From the human T2T-CHM13v2.0 reference genome, Homo sapiens: a DNA stretch of 64,000 bases. Positions within the stretch are counted from its first letter, which is position 1. The number at the start of each line of letters is the position of its first letter. The stretch lies in assembly GCF_009914755.1 (NCBI RefSeq), contig NC_060935.1; one strand, 5' to 3'. Below, piece after piece: positions 58,801 to 64,000 of the stretch. The notes below the pieces were generated by a model. It did not search any database. It worked only from the letters and a program-made list of their open reading frames with translations, and had not been told where the DNA came from. The position numbers and the translations under genes are program-made.

Positions 58801-59649
58801 TTTATCTGTGAAAACACCCTGATTCTATTTTTTCCCCAAACACAACTACCATATTCAGTCAAAATCTGTTATAACACATTGATCTCCTAAAAAGGCTGGC
58901 TTCTTCTGCTTATCTGGCTGGAACATCCTTACCTCAAGCACCAGCATTATAAAGGGATTTATATACAGTATTATTCCTGAGAAGTGTGTCTTTGGCAGAG
59001 GCAAATAGAAATTGCAAAGCAAAATTAGGTTTGTGCATATTTTGCTGGAGAAAAAAAAAAAACAACCTCTCTTCCTCTGTGGCCTAGCTTTTAAAATTTC
59101 AATTTTTGCCTCCACTAGCCAAAAGAAACTGAACGTTGTGCAGTTATTCAGTGAAAATGCAAGTGTTGAATAGAAAAATCTGGGCAGCTCCAAGATTTCA
59201 TAAACTATGAAGGTTTTTTTTTTCTCAAAGAAATATGGTTTTAAACTTAGGATGCTGTCTATAGTATTTCAACAGCAATAAAAGACAAACAGCTAAATTA
59301 AAGACTCTATATATGGAGAGCGTCTACACACACACACAATTCTCTGTCATATGTACCTGGATAAATCAAAAAGGGATAGGATTTAAACTGCTTTCAAGCA
59401 CTTAACATTGAGTTGCTCAGAATACAATCATGTGCTTTTTTTCTTTTTCTCCTTCTTCTCAAGGGAATCTCTTTCATTCTAGAGATAAATAACCTTTTTA
59501 GCTGATGCTACTCTATTAACTTACATCTGAATAACAAAAATATGCATCAGTGCTTGACTATTTTAGATGATTCTGAGTTATCTCAAACTTAATTTAACTA
59601 TAAAATGACTTTGATTTCCACTGCCTCTGCTTTAGGCATTCCTACCATA

Positions 59650-60545
59650 GAAAATGAAGCCACCACATTACAAATACTCATACCTGAAGTCTAGATGTGA
59701 ATGCCAACTACATGCTTTTCCTCATTTCTACATCTCATCCTTCAGCATATTTTATCAGTTCAGTTTGCAAATCAGGTCTCGACTGGGTCCTGCTCTCCAC
59801 ACCCATTCCACACTGTTCTATCATTATCCAGGCCAGTATTTTCTCACTCTTGAATACTCTCAGTCAGCGCCCATTGTAATCCATTTATAATTAAATAGTA
59901 AGAATTAGTTCCTTTAAAATCTAAAGGTAAGTCTGTTGCTTCCTATTTAAATATTTCAATGGTCAGCCAATGGATAAAAATAAGCCTGGAACTTCACTCC
60001 TAAACCTTCAATAAGCCAGCTCTTTATTATATGACTCATTGTTTATTCACGTCTATGTTGCATAACTTCCATCTTTACTCATAGACTGTCACCTTTTTGA
60101 TCTTATTTTTTTTTAGATTTTGAAGCATACTTAGCTCTTTGCAGCTCAGAGATTGTTGACCTGATGTTACTTCTGTTTGAAAGATTCCCCTCCTCCTCTC
60201 CCATTTGCTTGTTTTATTTCTTAATGTTTTAGCCTAAATGTTATGTTTAACAGAACTTTTAGGGTGTTTAACAGACACCCTTCCTAAAATAAATCTCGCC
60301 CACCTCATACTATTAACTTTTTCTACACCAGCACTTTGTTTTCTTCTTTATAATATTGTTATAACATTGTTATAAGTGATTATATAAGATATGTAAACAC
60401 TATATCAATAGTTTATTCACTTGTCATTTATTTTTGCATCTAGAATGCAAACTCCATATGGTTAGATTATACCTGTACTAAACTCATTTCCTAGCTGGAA
60501 GTAGCTGCAAATAAGCATTTTCTTTTTTTGAATATTGAATAAAAG
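59650..60545 (+). mobile_element. L2 3' fragment
   Basis: Degenerate L2 3' motifs (CTAGAATGCAAACTCCAT..., GAATATTGAATAAA). Confidence 0.5.
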
Positions 60546-60749
60546 AATTATCTTGCAAAGAGTGTGGAGTTTTCATCCTGAAGTGAAGCAACTGTGATGT
60601 TTGTATCTGACTATGTGGGATTCAGTGTTGGATGTGTAACCTAAGGGCTGCTGTTTGCCACCCCAGAAGACAAGGGATAGATGGTAACTTAAAATACCAT
60701 CAAGCTTTCTTCAGGCCCAGTGTCTATAGGCTACTTAAAACATAAACTT

Positions 60750-61232
<483 letters not shown>

Positions 61233-62394
61233 CATGAACTTGATCATTACACATACTACACATGTAACAAGTACTCATATGTACCACATATATATATATA
61301 AAATATTTTTTATTAATGAAGCAAAAAAAATAAACTGACTTCTCCTATAAAACATTCCAACAACCACTATGATTTTTCACACTGTGCTTTCAAAATTGGA
61401 TGCCCGTAATAACAACAGAGGGAAGGAAATAACAAAACAGACACATCAGTTTCCTCATCAGAATAAACAGACTAAAATTATTTACTGTTTGTAGTGTTAG
61501 AACAAATTTCCTCATAAGTTTCCATTTGCACATTTCAACTGACAGCAGAACAATATCAACATTATTTCCACTAGGAGTGGAAAATGAAAGTGGATATTAG
61601 ACACACAAGGCATTTGGAATTGAGAAAATAAACTGGTTTGTGGAATTGATGGCTATCAACAGTTCACATGCCCTTTGGAGAGGATTCAGTCTATGAAAAG
61701 AGGTTTATCTAGAATGCAGAATCTTTTATACTATTCCCAGGAAATGAAAGTGTTTGACCACTCCCTGTGTAGATCTTTACCTCTTTCTTCCAGACATTCT
61801 CAGTGCTCACCCCTGTGAATAAAAGAATGTCATGACATTTACAGAGTCTAGAACTGTGAGATGTTTTACATTTTGAGAGTGTCTACTATACAACCTACCT
61901 ATACAGTGGATTGAGGGTTTTTAGTCTAGCTACAGACCAATTAGAATTTAGCTAATTTATCTCCACTCCTGATAAAGGCTGCACTTTTTCCCCTAGCTTG
62001 ACTTGGAAAGCTGTAAATAGAAGCTCAGATTCCTGTGTGTATGTGTGGGCCTGTGTGTTTCAATATACAGAGGAGCTGTAAAAGAAAACAAAACTGATCA
62101 AGTACATTTTATATGCATTATTTCCCTTTTACCCATTAAGTGACCCTAAGAAGTAGGTATCATCTTTTTAGGAAATGAAGGATAAAGAAGGACGTTATAT
62201 AACTCATTTACACAATAAAACATTTTTACTCTTACTTGACATTTTATATAGATTGTATATATGTTTTAAAGAAAGCAGTGTTCACTATAACCAACTTTTA
62301 TTTCCAGTTTGACTGTTTCATCTTCTAGAACACTATGCATATTGGTTTCTTTAATTATGTAGGTGGGATTTAAGATATTTGCCAATCTCTTAAA

Positions 62395-64000
62395 ATCAAA
62401 GTGATTTTTTACAATCTTCGCTCTGTAGGGGAAGAATGAATGACAATATTCATTTTTCCATGACCTAATAAAGAATATCTCAGTTGATTCCATTTTGGGG
62501 CAATTATGAATAAAACTGCTATTAACTTTTGTACACAGGATCTTGTGTAGATGTAAGTTTTCACTTCCTCTGGGTAAATATCAAGCAACGTTATTATTGG
62601 ATCATTTAGTCAGAAAAAATATGTTCAGTTTTTTAAGAAACTGACGAACTGCCTTCCAATGTGACTGAGCCATTCAGCATTTCTACCAGCAATAAATAAG
62701 TATTGTCAGTGTTGAATTTCAGCAATTATAACAAGGGTGTAATGATCTCTCATTGCTGTTTTTATTTGAAATTTTTTAATGATATATGATGTTAAATATA
62801 TTTACATATACTTATTTGCCATCTGTATTTTCATTAGTGAAGTGTCTGTTAAGGTCTTCCGCCCCCTCACTTTTTTTTTTTTTTTTTTTTTTTTTTGACA
62901 GTCTCGCTCAGTTGCCGAGGCCAGAATGCAGTGGCTGGATCACAGTTTACTGCAGCCTCAAACTCCCAGGCTCAAGCGATCCTCCCACTTCAGCCTCCTG
63001 CGTTAGCTGTTTGGCCCATTTTTTAATTGGGTTGTTTTCTTAGCGTTGAATTTTAAGAGTACTTTTTATATTCTGAATACCAGTCCTTTATCAGACATGT
63101 GTTTTGCAAAAATTTTATGTGGCTTCCTTGTCCTCTCTTAATTGTGACTCTCACAGACGACGCATCTCTAATTATAATGAAGTTCAACTTAGCAATTTTT
63201 TTTCATGGCTTACATTCTTGATATATCTAAACACTCTCTGTCCAACCAAAGTTCAGTCAGATTTTCTCTTATTTTATCTTCTAGAAGTTTTATCTTTTTG
63301 TGTTTGGCACTTAGATCTGTGTTCTATCTTGAGTAAATTTTTGTAAAAGGTGTAAGATCAGGGTATAGATTCACTTCCTTTGCATGTGAACTTTCATTTG
63401 TTCCAACACCATTTGTTGAGAAGACTATCTTTGCTGTATTGCACTGCTTTTGCTCCTTTGTCAAAGATCAATTGACTATATTTGTGTGAGCTATTTCTAG
63501 GCTATTTTGTTCTATTGATTTATTTGTCCAATCTTACACTGATATCACACTGGCATTATTACTGTAGCTTTACAGTAAGTCTTGAAATCGAATAGTATCA
63601 GTCTTGTGACCTTGTTCTGATTCTTCAATATTGTGTTGACTATCCTGGATCTTTTGCCTTTCACATAAATTTTAAAATCCATTTGTTGATACCCTCAAAG
63701 TAATTTGCTGCATTTTTTTATTTAAACAATATGAATGTATAGATCAAGTTGAGAAAAACTGACATTTTAAGAATATTATTTTCCTATCAATAAATATGAA
63801 CTATCTCTTAATTGAATTAGTTATTTGATTCCTTTAATCAGAGTTATAGTTTTTCTCATATAGATCTTATACATATTTTGTTATATTTTTATCTAAATAT
63901 TTCGATTTTGAGAGTGTTATGGTAAACAGAATGTATTTTTTCCTTTAATTTCAAATTTCAATTGTCCATTGTTGGCATATAGGAAAGTAATTGACTTTTG
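62395..64000 (-). mobile_element. Old L1M ORF2 3' region, running off the window, with a partial minus-strand AluJ at 62871-63008
   Basis: TTGTTCCAACACCATTTGTTGAGAAGAC, CCTTTGTCAAAGATCA; poly-T plus Alu right-arm fragment. Confidence 0.75.

Overview
Primate (human or great ape) AT-rich genomic DNA made almost entirely of interspersed repeats; no intact cellular gene can be supported. The first 9.3 kb is a three-level nest. A minus-strand THE1/MST solo LTR (TSD GAAAT) is interrupted by a full THE1D-like MaLR element (TSD CTACC). That element is in turn interrupted by a two-LTR ERV9/LTR12-type provirus (1655-8136) with an Arg-tRNA PBS, decayed gag-pro, a deleted and mosaic pol, an env-TM remnant and a PPT. 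The standout signal lies in the U5 region of BOTH ERV9 LTRs: a ~163-nt non-viral insert that translates to the N-terminus of DNA-PKcs (PRKDC) in scrambled, intron-free order (exon 4 end -> exon 2 -> exon 3 start, exon numbering recalled). This looks like a fossil back-splice junction of a circular RNA captured by a retrovirus, with junction microhomologies consistent with RT template switching. The remaining 55 kb holds L1 (L1PA2 to L1M), Alu, MIR, L2, MaLR and MER50/52-type elements, microsatellites and several small local rearrangements. Repeat subfamily names are from recalled consensus features and need RepeatMasker/Dfam confirmation.
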